Assembly (NCBI GenBank): GCA_030141605.1
Contig: JAQGDQ010000047.1
Coordinates: 434,001 to 498,000 of the forward strand
DNA length: 64,000 nt
Direction of reading: 5' to 3'
Origin: Tubiluchus corallicola
Lineage: Eukaryota > Animalia > Priapulida
The notes under the pieces: model-generated
Told to the model about the DNA's origin: nothing
Databases searched by the model: none
What the model saw: the letters and a program-made list of their open reading frames with translations, nothing else
Part shown: one piece after another, positions 13,500-26,202 of the stretch
Numbering within the stretch: the stretch's first letter is position 1
How the letters are laid out: every line of letters begins with the position of its first letter
Translations under genes and position numbers: made by a program

Positions 13500-13830
13500 G
13501 AGAAAATCTATTGCATTCAAAAACCATTGTGAGATCTGAATAAGCAGGCAATGCAAGAATTTTCCTTCTTTGTATGTCGGCTTCAGTGTCTAATAAGCTA
13601 CCAAGGTATTTACATCTTTTCCATGAATCATTACCTCCTCTTCTAATATGGTGTTCTTCCGTCTTTATATTGTTGACTTTAAGATTATATTTTTCTAAGC
13701 GGTGGCTCATCGTACATTTTGCATCTTGCAGTTCTTCTATACTATTAGCTCAGTTTAGCTGTAAAGTAAGCAATATAATCGGCATATTGCATGGAGATAT
13801 TGCAAGTCACATATTTATCATCATTTTTAT
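13500..13830 (-). mobile_element. Non-LTR retrotransposon reverse transcriptase fragment (RTE-like), decayed
   Basis: QYADYI (decayed YADD) near 13775-13790, followed by LEKYNLKVN..KTE and WKRCKYLGSLLDTEADIQRRKILA. Confidence 0.75.
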
Positions 13831-13849
13831 ATGCCCATTACGTCTATTG

Positions 13850-14843
13850 TAGACATTGGGCAGGCAGAATTCTGAAATAAAAGAAATCTGCCCTCAAGAC
13901 AGGTAAACACAATTAAATTCAGTTTTATTTGCACAAATACATACACTGTATATTGGCAAAACAATACACGTTAAATACTACATAAACCGACTGTGTGCAA
14001 AATTAGTAATAGTGTGCACAGCAGTAATGCCGCAAAAAACTAGACACTGCTATACCAGTGGCTTGCCAGGACCACTTTTGAAAAATTATATTAATTATTA
14101 CAATACAGCTTATTACAGTAATACAGGTCACAATTTTGGTGCAAATTAGTTACATGTGGAAAATCTGTGTAACTTTTCAGACAGATTGCGATTAACTTCG
14201 TCTTCATTTCTTTCTTGATATGTGATGGTGTCATCATTGATGTGATCTGTACCTTCTACCGCCGAATGATTACCTCGTATTGCGAATAATTATTTACTTT
14301 GCGAGTGAAGTGAAATGCCACTAGCCAAGATCTTCAGTTAAACCAAAGTGTAGGAAACTTACGAAGTTGCTTTTCGTTACAATTTCGTTTCTGCGATTAG
14401 CGGCTATGGTGGCGGCATCGAACGGCGGTGGATTAAGAACTTTTGAGCCGCGCATTGACTGTAGTAATAATATTTTGTCCACTAATAGTGTCTGCATAAT
14501 AACTTTTGCGTTTTTCATATCTCAAATAAAAGCAATTATTAAAATAAGAAACTAAAAACACTTCATGCAAATGAAAAACAGTTGTAGCAATAAGTTTTTA
14601 TTATTTTACAGTTCTTCCTGAGGAAAGAGGCTAGCAGACTGCATGATGGGCTGCCCACTATGTAAAAAAGTAATACCTTTTCAGTGGTTAAGAATCTATT
14701 GGAGGTTTTATCTTCACTTATTGTTTAGTGAGAGAAGAATTGCTTTCAAACACTATAGTTTTATATGAAATTGTATAGTTTTATATGTACATATATATAT
14801 ATATATATAAAATCTCTCTCTCTCTTTCTCTCTCTCTCTCTCC

Positions 14844-14889
<46 letters not shown>

Positions 14890-17553
14890 TTTGATATATC
14901 TCTCTCTTAAGTACAGTAGGCGCCACTTAATAGACACACGGTTAATAGACTCAATCGCTTAATTGACTGAAAAACATCTGGAATGGGCCACTTCTATTCA
15001 AACATACATAAAAAGTGTCGGTGATTGACTCAAATAACTCCCTATAATTAACTCAGTATTTTTCTTTCACCTACATAAAATAAATATTTGTGTGTGGCCA
15101 AAGAGCCTTTCCTACTTTTATGTCATCTTTACTTCCCTTTTGTGCACCATGTATGCAGAAACAATCATGTTAAGTACCGTTTTGTTTGTGAGCAGATACA
15201 TTTATCATACGCTAATATGCTAGCCTAGCGGTTTTGCTTTGATGCTTTGCAACTCACTGCTGAGCAAGATATGACTACCTGTTGACTGGCCTGGTTTTGA
15301 GGAAGCCATCTCATCAATTCATTTGCTACAGTACACAGCAGTGCTCGAACAGCTTGCGCAATAGCGTACCTAACAATAATAGTTCGTAATGCTGTGCCGC
15401 TAGGGCGACCCTAATTGCGCGAACTGCTGCGCAATATATTTCGATACTTTCTATAGCGCCTAGTCTTTGGCTAAACAGCTTGGAGAAGGCAATGTTTAGG
15501 AAAAGGAAGTGACGAAAGGTATTGTTACGTATTGCGTTTTTTTCGATTAGTGGCATCGAATGGCTGATGATTAAAAACGTTTGAGATGCGCATTGACTGT
15601 AATAATAATATTCTTAAGTACAGTAATATTGTTGGCATTTTGCACTTTTGATAAGCCAAAATCAGTTTCGCATTTTTGAAAAAAGAAAAATATCTCAAAT
15701 AAAAGCATTATTAGTTTAAAAAACTAAAAACATTGCATGAAAACGAAAAGCAGTTGTAGCAATAAGTTTGTATTATGTACTTGCAAATACTTCTTCAGTT
15801 TTCTTGTATATACACACACAGCTTGTATATAAATAATGCACACATGCATGCACACACACAACATGTAATTGCATATGGTGCTTAATATATAAATTATCAA
15901 TACAATAGTAGTGATGAGTAGCACTGAACTGCCAACCTAGGGTGTCGTAACGTCTTAATACACTCATGCACACACACTCATATACATGTATGATGTATGC
16001 ATTATTACATACAGAGATTTTATGAAGCTGAGTCTATATATTTAACAATATAAATTGATTGCCCTTGGCGCCAAGGCCTATATAAAATCAATTAATTTAA
16101 GCCCATCAATAAATAAATTATTCACCAAGACTTGTCTGTAAATTTAGCCACAGGTACTTTATTAGTACGCTTATACAAGTGCATTTTTTACACATAAACA
16201 AACTGTGTTTAATGAACTTTTTTTGACGTAAGCCTAACTGAATCTTAAAAAAATTAGGCTAAATATAAGTAACGTCTACACATGATATTATAAGGTGTTA
16301 TGACCCACCTGCAGATTCTAATTTAGCGCTCCAGTATGGCTTCTCACCTGTATTCTGTAACTTGATATTGAATAGTTAGTTGGTTGTTATAGAGGTGGAA
16401 GTAATGTCGCGGCTGCTTAGGATGACAGCTCTTATATTTCGTTTTGTTATTTTTTGTTCACTGACAATAAAAAAGAGGAATAATGTTGTAAATGCATCTC
16501 CGTTTGTTCAACGTGATTTTATATTCATTACAAAGGCCAATGTATGATTATATGCTTTTTAAACATCTTTTAACTTGGAATTAACAAAACATGCAGATGC
16601 TTAGATTAAGTTTTGTTCTGGAAATTTTTTTTTGCTCTTCTGAAAAAATCGTTTTTTTTTCTATGAAAGTCAGGCCTACTATTTCTTCAAGTTATATTTC
16701 CGGATAAAAACATATTAAATATGAATGTTTTTTTAGAAAAAATATTTCTCCAGAAATAGAATACTACACGAGCCAGGTATTTGCAAACTTTCTTTATGAT
16801 CAACTTTTTAAACTTCTTTTGTGAATAAGCCTAATATTAATTTTCATGAGATATGAATATAATAGTTTTTGTTTTAATTACTAATTATTCTTGGCGCCTT
16901 ATGCTTGCTTTAAATAATACTCAATAATATAACAGCTGCTATAAATCACCAGAGACAGATGTAGGCCTTGCAGTCTTTGCTTAGTGTACAAACATTTAAT
17001 TTGTAACAAAAGTTACAAAACTGTGTTATAATTATTATTTTGTTATTATTACTTGGCTGCATCCTCGGGAAATTTAAAAAGATATTTTTATTCGTGTTTT
17101 TGCAGCTCACATTATGACCAAGTTATGAGCGCCTGCCGACCGGTCTGGCTTTGGTGGTCTCATCAATTCATCTGCTACAGTATACACCGGTGCACCAACA
17201 GCTTGCGCTATAGTGTAACTGACAACAACAGTCCGCACTGCTGTGCCGCTAGGGCGACACAAACTGCGCGAAAGTTGCTATACTTTCTGTGGTCCAGATT
17301 CTTTGGAGAAGGCAATTTTAGTAAAGATTTCTCCTACTGCCAATTGCCAAAACGTAACAAGTATAGTGTATACTTCGGGACAGTATAGGTATAGTACTGC
17401 GATAGTATAGTACAGTACGGTATAATACTGTTATTGGAAGTGATGCTGACAAGCCACTGGCATAGCGATATATAGTTTTTTGTTGGATTTACTGCTGTGT
17501 TTACCTGTTTTAAGGGTAGATTTATTTTAGAGTTCTGCCTGCCCAATGTCTAT
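13850..17553. repeat. Repeat block: inverted arms 13850-14080 / 17430-17553 enclosing direct copies of a diverged repeat
   Basis: TAGACATTGGGCAGGCAGAA...ACAGGTAAACACA and CCAGTGGCTTG recur in reverse complement at 17430-17553; 14340-14600 resembles 15500-15770; 15250-15500 resembles 17100-17320 (shared GCTGTGCCGCTAGGGCGAC). Confidence 0.8.
14791..14906. repeat. Compound microsatellite (AT)n(CT)n(AT)n(AG)n
   Basis: Read directly; a Tigger-like terminus TACAGTAGGCGCCACTTAATAGACACACGG follows at 14912. Confidence 0.95.
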
Positions 17554-19922
17554 GTTGGGCGCCGAGTAACCAATTAACCGAAGTAGGACAATTGGAGTAC
17601 ATGGGCTAGCCCAGGTAGGACACTAGAACAGGTCGCGAATTGAATCTTTAAGTGTACTGGCACCGTCCGTTGTCCTTGTCTATGTAATAATAATAATTAA
17701 AAACGTCGATACACGTTGAATAATTTATTATACATCTGATAAAATAAAAGAATTTTATTCTGAGCTGGTAGAACGGACATTATTAAATTTGGTTTCGATA
17801 TTAATGTTGTTGAAGTGAAACAAACCCACTATTTAGCGATTTCAACATTTGTTTAAGGTATATAATTTTTTATTTTGTCCCGCTTCACGGATAGGCGATC
17901 CATTTCACTACCTCTTGGACAAATAATTGTTTTCTCCCAAGTAAACGTTCTAGTGATCTATGGGGCTAGCGACCCATGTACGAGTGTGCCTTACATGTTA
18001 CAATACTATTGATATTATTAAAACTAATTGTCTTTGCTTTTCCTAAATGTTAAAAATTGCTTTTTTGTGTTGTGAAGGCTTAGCAGCTTCTGTCTCATTT
18101 TTAAACTTGTAATAACTGTGTGCATAGTTTCTCTCTTTAAAGCATTAGATACTTAGTTTAATGTTATAATGATTTTAATGGAGCTAATAATACTGATGGT
18201 ACTATTGTAAAAAATACATTAATTTTGTAAATTGTCAAGGACTATAAAGTTACTTTTTCCCTAAAACAAATTTAGTTTTATGTTTTATTATCTCATCATA
18301 ATTCTCAATCCTCGTCAAAAATCGCCAGTGCCCTACTTGGGCTGCCCTTGTACAACACTGCTTTTCCGCAGATTTAGCACATGTTTTTTACCGAATACGG
18401 ATCCGTGCTTTTTGCGATGTTCACAAAACATACGGCTTTTGACAATTTTTACAACATACAGCGTGTGACCATGTGCCTTGCACATCATTGAAAAGTATGT
18501 GCCCACTTCATGAAAATGGTGATATGGCTTTATACAGCCTGTAGCCGTACCGTTTTTCTTCGTGATACAATAGTTACACTATAAATATTAGTTAGTCTCC
18601 TTTTATTGTCTTGCAAATTGTTAGCTTTGATATAGTGCTATGCGTTGCATCAGCTACCAATTAATAGTTTGTTTAATTTATTTTCTTTATTGTTACAAAA
18701 AACTTTGGTACTTTGATGTGTAGTAGGCCAGTTAGCAATAATAATTGTAATATGCAGTAAGTATATGAGTGTTGTAATATGCAGTAAAGCACTTTGATAC
18801 TTCAAAAATAATCTTTTATAATCTTGCTTTTGTAAAAAAATTTCCAACTGAATAATTAAATTCTAATAATTTTGTCACTGTGCAGACAATAGTTCACTGT
18901 TGTTGCAATTTCTTTAGAGTTACGTGGGAAGCAGCAGAACTCCAGTAAAAGAGCATTTTATAATTATCAAAAATTAAAACTGGCATGCACAGGAATGGGA
19001 TATTCACATTCTTTTTAAAGATATTTATCAGTAGAAATATTAACTAACATCAAGCAAGTACACTAAAACTTATGTAATCTATTACATTAATTAAACATTG
19101 AAGCACTAACAATGCTAATTAGTGAGATAAGACTGTTACAAATGTGTCTTCAATTCACTATATAAACATATTCCTATGAGGAAAAAATAAAAGTTCAGCA
19201 TAATACGAGAAAAATGTTTTTTAACCTAATCCTGTTTTTTCGTATGCAGACGGGATAAACACTTCTTTCATACCAAAAATAGGCAGACACTATGTTTACG
19301 CTATTGTAATAAAGCATGACTCGCCCACCGTAATATGACGGATATTGCGTGCATTCACCGCTAGTTGTTTAAATGGTGTGTCCTATCTAGGTATTACATA
19401 GTAATATAGTTATACGAGGATATTCAATTTCACTCTATCCGCGGATCTTATTGATGCGGATATTTACAGTTGTGGATTTTGCGGTTGGGGATAAACAAGA
19501 AAGTGATATCGGCCCTCTCTGATGGCGATATGTATTTTCTCGTTAATATCTTTCACGGTACGGATCGATTTTCTAGTGAATGCGTTTGAGACACAGACCC
19601 GTATTTTTAGTTGCTGCAGTCCGGATACGGATCCGTACCTTTAGTCACTGGCTAAGAAAAACTCAAGCCTCCAAGCTCAGGCTGGTTTGCTGAAAGCCAT
19701 CGTCGTCGTCTAGGTTGTTGCTACATTTTAAAAATGTGGTACATCCGGCCTGTTGAACATAGCGAACAGAACTGTAAAGCATCATCTCATCAACAAAGAG
19801 ACTAATTTCTGGGAAATGCACACTGTAATGTCATTCACATACAAAATATAGCAATACGGACCTGTTATTGTACCCAGAGCAATACTTTTACACAGGTATC
19901 CTGACATGATATCCCTTCATAT

Positions 19923-20095
19923 CTCTCTCTCTCTCTGTCTCTCATCTTTCCCTCCTCTCTCTCTTTGAAGAGTCTATGTATGATTTGGTCTTTCAACTTT
20001 TTCTTTTTCTCTCCTTTTCTCTCTCTTTTCCTTTCTTCCCTCTACTTTCTTTGCTTTGCCTTTCGTCTCTCTCTCTTTTCCTCCATTTCCTTTTT
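19923..20095 (+). repeat. CT-rich polypyrimidine low-complexity tract upstream of the LETMD1 start, probably in a 5' UTR intron
   Basis: Nearly pure C/T tract; candidate donor CAG|GTATCC near 19895 and acceptor TTTATAG near 20218. Confidence 0.7.
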
Positions 20096-20318
20096 AAAAT
20101 TATTGCTTTTCTCGTAGTTTTGCTATAATTTACTATGGAAAAAACTAATACTGACTGTAATAGTTAAGTAAACATTGATTGTCTTGCTGTTTTAATTATT
20201 GGTTGTTGATGTTTATAGCAAAAGTTCGAGGCTGCTTCCGTGATGTGAACAACGAATGCAAAATGCATTGCATTTTTTCTGATTTGGATGCATCCTCGTC
20301 AATAATGGATAGCTATTC

Positions 20319-23300
20319 ATGAGCTTAGGAAGACATAGCATGGTTTTGAAAAGGTGTCTTCTTTCTGCAAGCAGAGCAAAGAATCACCAATTTGCTCATC
20401 ATTCCAGTATTTTGCAACCGATTTGCCTTCAACATGTTGCACTATTTCTTCGAGAACAACAACATCAGTTTCAAGTTTGCAGAATGTTATCTCATACACC
20501 TAGCACGAATTTTCATGGGCATTTTAGCAATGTAAAAAGTTCGCCAGCCTGTAGGTAAGTTGTAAATGCCTCTAAAATCTCGATTACAATTGTTGACAAT
20601 GCACCTTTATATCTGTAACATAGTGCTGACATCACAAGTACTAGAAATTTTTCAAAGGATAACCAACGTGCAAAAGTTTAATTTGATTTATAGCTTTAAT
20701 TCTCTTCACATTGAACATGTGTGAGTACCATACTGTATCTGTAATATGTCATGTGTGCAATCCGTATAATTACCATATTAATTGATAGGCATGGCAGCTG
20801 TGTGGATACTTTGTGGAAAAAGCCAATTAGACTTTTCTGTTCTTCTCCAGGACCAGTCACTAAGAAAAAATTTAAGGATACAAAGATTGTTGCTTACATT
20901 TTAGAAAGATACAACAGATATGTTCAGTGGTATGAGGATATACTGCAAAGACGGTTTCCTTCTGTATTTAAAATTTATCAAATTGTGAAAAATGGTATGT
21001 ATTCTCTTAACTTTATTATTTTTAGATATTTATGTTTTTAGTAATGTGTAAAGTTTTTTTACTAAAGTGTAAGAAAAGCATGTACCGAATTCTTTGAAGA
21101 TGTAAATTATTAATAGTTTTTAGCAGTTGCAGTGTGACGTGTTTGTAACTGAGATTGTCCGCACAACTGTGTGTCATTTTTAGTACTATTATTAAGATGC
21201 ATTTTCTTAATTAATGCAAGTGGTTATATAAAGTGATACTGCTCTTCTTCAAGCAGCAAATCGTCCATATGTTTAGTGAACTCAAGTAATAGTATAAGCA
21301 TAACACTGCTACTGTGAATCTCAAGTCGACGTAGTAAATTGTAAAGGCAAAACTTTGTGCACCTTATGCTAGTGCTAATGATACTTAGATAAAAGCCTTC
21401 ATACTTACCACTGTACCTCTTATTGTAGGTCTGAGAGATTTATTTGTAGATGTCTGGAACTACCTTCGTATTCGAAGAGAGATACTCATGAATGGAAAAG
21501 CTCTTGCGTCATTTTCCAGGAGGGAGCTCGAAGTTTATAGGCATGTAAGTTACTGTGGTTTTACAGTTTTTTCCTCTGTAATCCTTTTATCACTTATGCA
21601 CCTTGCAACTTTATCCTTGCTTGCAAATTTGCAAGAATGGCATTATATACTGTGAATTCTTGAAGGAATATCACCATTTCTTCTACTTCCATTAAATCAA
21701 TTAGATGATGTGTTGAAAGTGTAGAAGTGAATGAACATTTCACTTAGAAGTAACAGATAACACTTACGTTTTATGTTAAAAATATAAAAGACTCATCACT
21801 GTCTAATTTCATTAGCTTAAATAGAGACAGTATCCATGTTAAGGATTCTTTGTAAAGAACTTATTTTATTGATTTGTATTTTCATAATGGATGTAATTTA
21901 TTTTCAGTTACCAAGAGATTTTATTCATGTATTACCTCTCTACTGCTTACAAGCTATTCCATTTGTTGGGAATGTGTTTTTTATTGTGGCGTAAGTATAG
22001 TTCGGGTCTACGTTCGAGCGTAGATACTTATGTTTTGAGTTTCTGAACATTGTTGAATATTATTAATAATAAGTTTGGACAGCAGCTGTAAAATCGACAA
22101 TGGCAATAGTTGTCATTGGCAATGCGCCACTCCGAGGATTAATTTCCTCTTGGTGTCTGTTCTCTATTGTGGTGGTAAAACAGCAATGGTACATATAATA
22201 CAGATGGGTAATACAATACAATATAATATGTAATACAGTATAGAATGCCAGTAATAGGAATTTCAAGGGACCAAAATATTTTTTGCTATTAAACAGCGTG
22301 TTTTGTACTATCACTTGCGTGCATTTTTGCTATCTCAAAATAATGATGTTATCAGTGAACATAAATTACATAATTTAAGCTTGTTTAACCTCTATTCCCA
22401 CATTTGCAAACTACAAAATTATACCAACTCGCTGTTAAGTCTATCAGCACTGTGAGTGTTGTTGGGTTTAAAAGCCGTGCAGTGTAGTGTGTCATGCTTG
22501 TATAATGTGTAATATTACTTTATTGGGTTTTTGAATTAAATTATACAATCTGTATCATCTGTGCTGTTTAGTTACCGTTATCCGAAACAGCTGCTTTCCC
22601 AGCAATTTTGGACACCTGATCAAAAAATGGAATTTTGGTTGCAAGACCACTGCCACAGAGTGCTACAATACAGAATTGTCATGTCAAAACTAAATAGGAA
22701 AACGGCAAAAATAAAAGATGTTAAGTTAAGAAATCACATGGAGGATCTTTTACACGAGGTTTGCAAGATTTCATTCAGTAGTTCACATTAATTTTAAAAC
22801 ATTTGTGCTTTTTCTCAGTTTGGATATTCGAAAGCGAATCTTTCATTAGTAAGTTTTATATGTTTATATTGTAGCTAATGCTGTTTAGCTAATTTCAATT
22901 ATTCTGTATTTTGAAAATAACTTTTGTTCTTTCTAGCTTCACAGTAATCGTCATCCTACCTTGCAACAAATTATGTTGACTGAACCACTGTTTGTCGAAA
23001 GACCGTTCGGCGTGCAAAAAGTTGGATATCAGCAAATGGTATACTTTCCCAAATATTTTTCTGGCATTACTTTAGTGATACTATATTTTCCCACACATCC
23101 TGGTTGCACAAAAGTTGCCTTGTATTTGATGAATTGCATTTGACTAGTCTAGGGTTAAAGTGCAAATCTTATGCATTAGTGAGTAGTTTGTGTACTTTTT
23201 ACTAAATTCATTTACTAAATTTACTAGTTCTCTAAATTTGTGGCCAGGTCAACAATGAAATGTAAATAAGTTTAAAATTTAAAATTGCATTTTAGTCTCA

Positions 23301-25495
23301 ACATTTAACTAACACAGACTATAATGTAAAAGCTTTCAGTGGGTATTTCTTGTTGATGTGCACTGCTGCCTTTCAGTAAAATTCAAGAAATACAATCTTG
23401 TAATTTAAAACAGTTTCTTACATTAATGGGTGTTTTTTTTAACTTCTATAGCTGAATTTATGCAAAATGCATCAAGTGTGGCACCAGCTTCAACCCAGAA
23501 AACGTTTAGAGTCGTATGGAATTCTGCTGAGGGAAACAGATCTGGCCATTCATCGGGAAGGTTACGATGATGAAAGTGCTCATGAAGTCATAAGAGTAAG
23601 GGGTGATACCAATTTTGCTCCCTAATAAGATATTTTTTATTTACGTGCTCTAGAGAGAAAATAAAACACACAGTGGGAAAAGGACAACAGTAGATAGATA
23701 GTGATAACAAAGGTGAAAATAAAAAAAGGAAATCAGCAAAAGCAAATGCATATAAGTGGAAAGCAAAAGAATCTGCTAGTAAAAATATTGATAGATAAAA
23801 CGGCAGCGGTAAGAAGGGCATAGGTGAATAAGTCAAAAGTAGAAAAGACAAAAAGGTAACAAAAACAATAGATAAAAAAGCCAAAGGGGGTGTTGGTGCT
23901 GTTGTTATGTTGTGTTATGTTGTTGTGGTCATCGTCAGCGGTGGAGGCGACGGTGGCGGATTACAGAGGAAAAAAGTAAAATCACAGTAACTTACATGTC
24001 TATAAACTTCGAGCTCCCTTCTGGAAAAAGATCTGAGAGGTTTTCCATTCATGAGTATTCCTCTTCGAATACGAAGGTAGTTCTAGATATCTACATGTCT
24101 CTCAGACCTACAATAAGAGGTACAGTGGTAAGTGTGAAAGCTTTTATCGTCGTCGTCGTCATTCTCAAAATGGTTTTATCTTCAGGTGTGACATTAGAAG
24201 CAGAGTCCAAATTATGAAAAAACCTTGTATTGTTTAATGCCCAATACAGGAGCCAAAGTGTGAATATTAAGGCAAGCTGGTCGGTCAGACATTAGTAAAC
24301 TGCACTGGTCAGGCACATCGAAGTGAAAATTTGTCACAAGCACACTAGTCAGTCACACAAGAGCATAGTAACCTACAGTTTTTCAGCAATAATAGGCCAC
24401 ACTGACCAGGTGTAGTCAAGTGATAAACCCAGTCATGCTCGTGGATTTGGAGATGATTTCATTCAGTCATATTTTAATTTATTTCTGCAGTCTATCTAAT
24501 AACTTTATAATTAGTTTCATCAAAACTTTTGTTCTTTTCTTGCTGTTTAATCTGTTCTACATAGAAATCTATGGGCACTCATTTTGACTTTTCGTGACAA
24601 TTAGCATACGTTACTGTGAAATAATGGGCGGATTTTTAAATGACAAGCTTGTGTGTAATTTATATTTCTGTGACCTTTTCCGATATTCTATAAAGTTCTT
24701 AAAAGTACTGTAACTAATACAGAAAATTCATAGGCTTGTTTTGTGAGAGGACTCAATCCTAAAGGCTTGCATCATGAGCAAAGAATTGAGTGGTTGAAAA
24801 AATGGGTAGAAGTTTCTCAATGTGTTGATGGTGAGTTTTATCTAAGAAAAGTTATGTGTTTGTGGAGTAACAATTAGCATGGTTGCCGATAAGGCAGAAG
24901 GCTCCAATATAGGTACAAATTTTTTCAGTCTTTCTAATTTATTATTGCTTTCATGTAATTACATGATTGACATCACACTATGTCTTGATAGAGTGTGGCC
25001 AATGATTTTCTGTTAACAACCTCTAGTAACTTATTGCATAAATTTCTAAGTCTGAAAGTCAAGTGCCTCCATTTGTATCGATTAGCACTGCTGCCCAGAA
25101 AGTAGATGGTCTTGGGTTTGAGTCTCCTAATATTACTTTTGCACATTAACATGATTGTGTCTAATAAATAGTGAAAATTTATTTTTCAGACATAGTAGGA
25201 AAATCGTGTATCTGCAGGTGCACAGTGTAGGTTGTACAATGGCCTTATTGACTGGCCGAAATATTGTAATGTTTGTTTCAAGTCGTGCACACATATTCTC
25301 TACTAGAATAACTCTGCTTTTTATTAATTAGTGCATTGTTAATTTTTTTATTGTGCGTTTAATAGACGTATTAAATGTATCATACGTGTAAATTAATTTT
25401 CAGCAAAAAGTATATCACTGCTGCTGCACTGTCCGATTTTTTTGGGCCTCAATGAACCAACAAACAGGGTACTTTATCCACCAACGAAGAGTTGA
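20319..25495 (+). CDS. LETMD1: LETM1 domain-containing protein 1 (mitochondrial), 420 aa
   Basis: Nine exons with GT-AG ends and consistent phase: 20319-20554, 20789-20994, 21429-21544, 21908-21990, 22572-22758, 22937-23038, 23452-23595, 24734-24830, 25404-25495 (TGA); 1263 nt. Motifs SRRELEVYR, AIPFVGN, YPKQLLSQQFWTPDQ, DLAIHREG, ACFVRGLN, WLKKW, SLLLH. The second ATG at 20340 is an alternative start. Confidence 0.93.
23958..24148 (-). pseudogene. Inverted copy of LETMD1 exon 3 plus flanking intron sequence, inside LETMD1 intron 7
   Basis: Reverse complement aligns to 21388-21584, including acceptor TTATTGTAG and donor GTAAGT; about 85% identical over the exon by manual count, with a 4-nt deletion and TGG>TAG. 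Confidence 0.95.
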
Positions 25496-26160
25496 AATTA
25501 CAAGCATATTAGGTAAATGTAAAGTTATTATTTTAGTGTTTAAAATCTATAATGTATGTCCTTTTCTGAATAATTAAATTAAAGTTCTATACTTCAGTGA
25601 GAAGTAGCATTATTGATTATGTGATGCGGAAATCCTTTTTAGGGTAGATTTTTGATTATCAGTGACTCTTACTTAGAGGGATTTAATACCCAACAATTGA
25701 AAATAATATTTTACCAAGTGACAAAATAGACAGTGGGGATTAATGATCTCATTAAAGCTGCATAATTACAGGTGTACCTTACCACTTTGGTGTTACAGTC
25801 CAGGTTTTTGCTGCAAAATGAGAAAACAGTATATTAACTGTAGTAACTATGGACTAGCTTTCAAGTGTGAGACCATTTACCTTTTCCTGGACAGTGATTC
25901 TATTACAAGGATGCATACCTTTTAAGTAAGTCATTGTGAAATACTGTAATTAGTGAAACTAAGTCTTTGGAAAGTCTCTTCTGCACTGCAAGTAATTTTG
26001 TTGGTCTAACCCTATATACTGCTGTCATATAGAAAAAATAATTTTTTTCTTCACGTCTTTTAATGAGAGAGAAAAGCAGAGGAGGAAGATGAGATGTAAG
26101 CAGAGAAATAAAAGCTTTTGACTAAACATTAGTTTGTTGAAAGTGCAAGAATTTACAATC

Positions 26161-26202
26161 TGACTCAATTGACGTCAAACATATTGGTCTACCGCTCCGC
26201 CC
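26161..26202. promoter_or_regulatory. Compact motif cluster: AP-1, CRE, CCAAT (reverse), GC box
   Basis: TGACTCA 26161-26167, TGACGTCA 26170-26177, ATTGG 26183-26187, CCGCCC 26197-26202. Motifs are exact; function is inferred. Confidence 0.4.

Noticed and set aside
18326-19650. Single hAT element bounded by CAGTG...CACTG with ACGGATCCGT subterminal motifs
   Set aside because: The inverted match is very short and there is no 8-bp target duplication; more likely separate remnants.
23588-24217. ORFs 23588..23884 and 23912..24217
   Set aside because: Arise from a purine-rich tract and from the antisense strand of the inverted exon copy.
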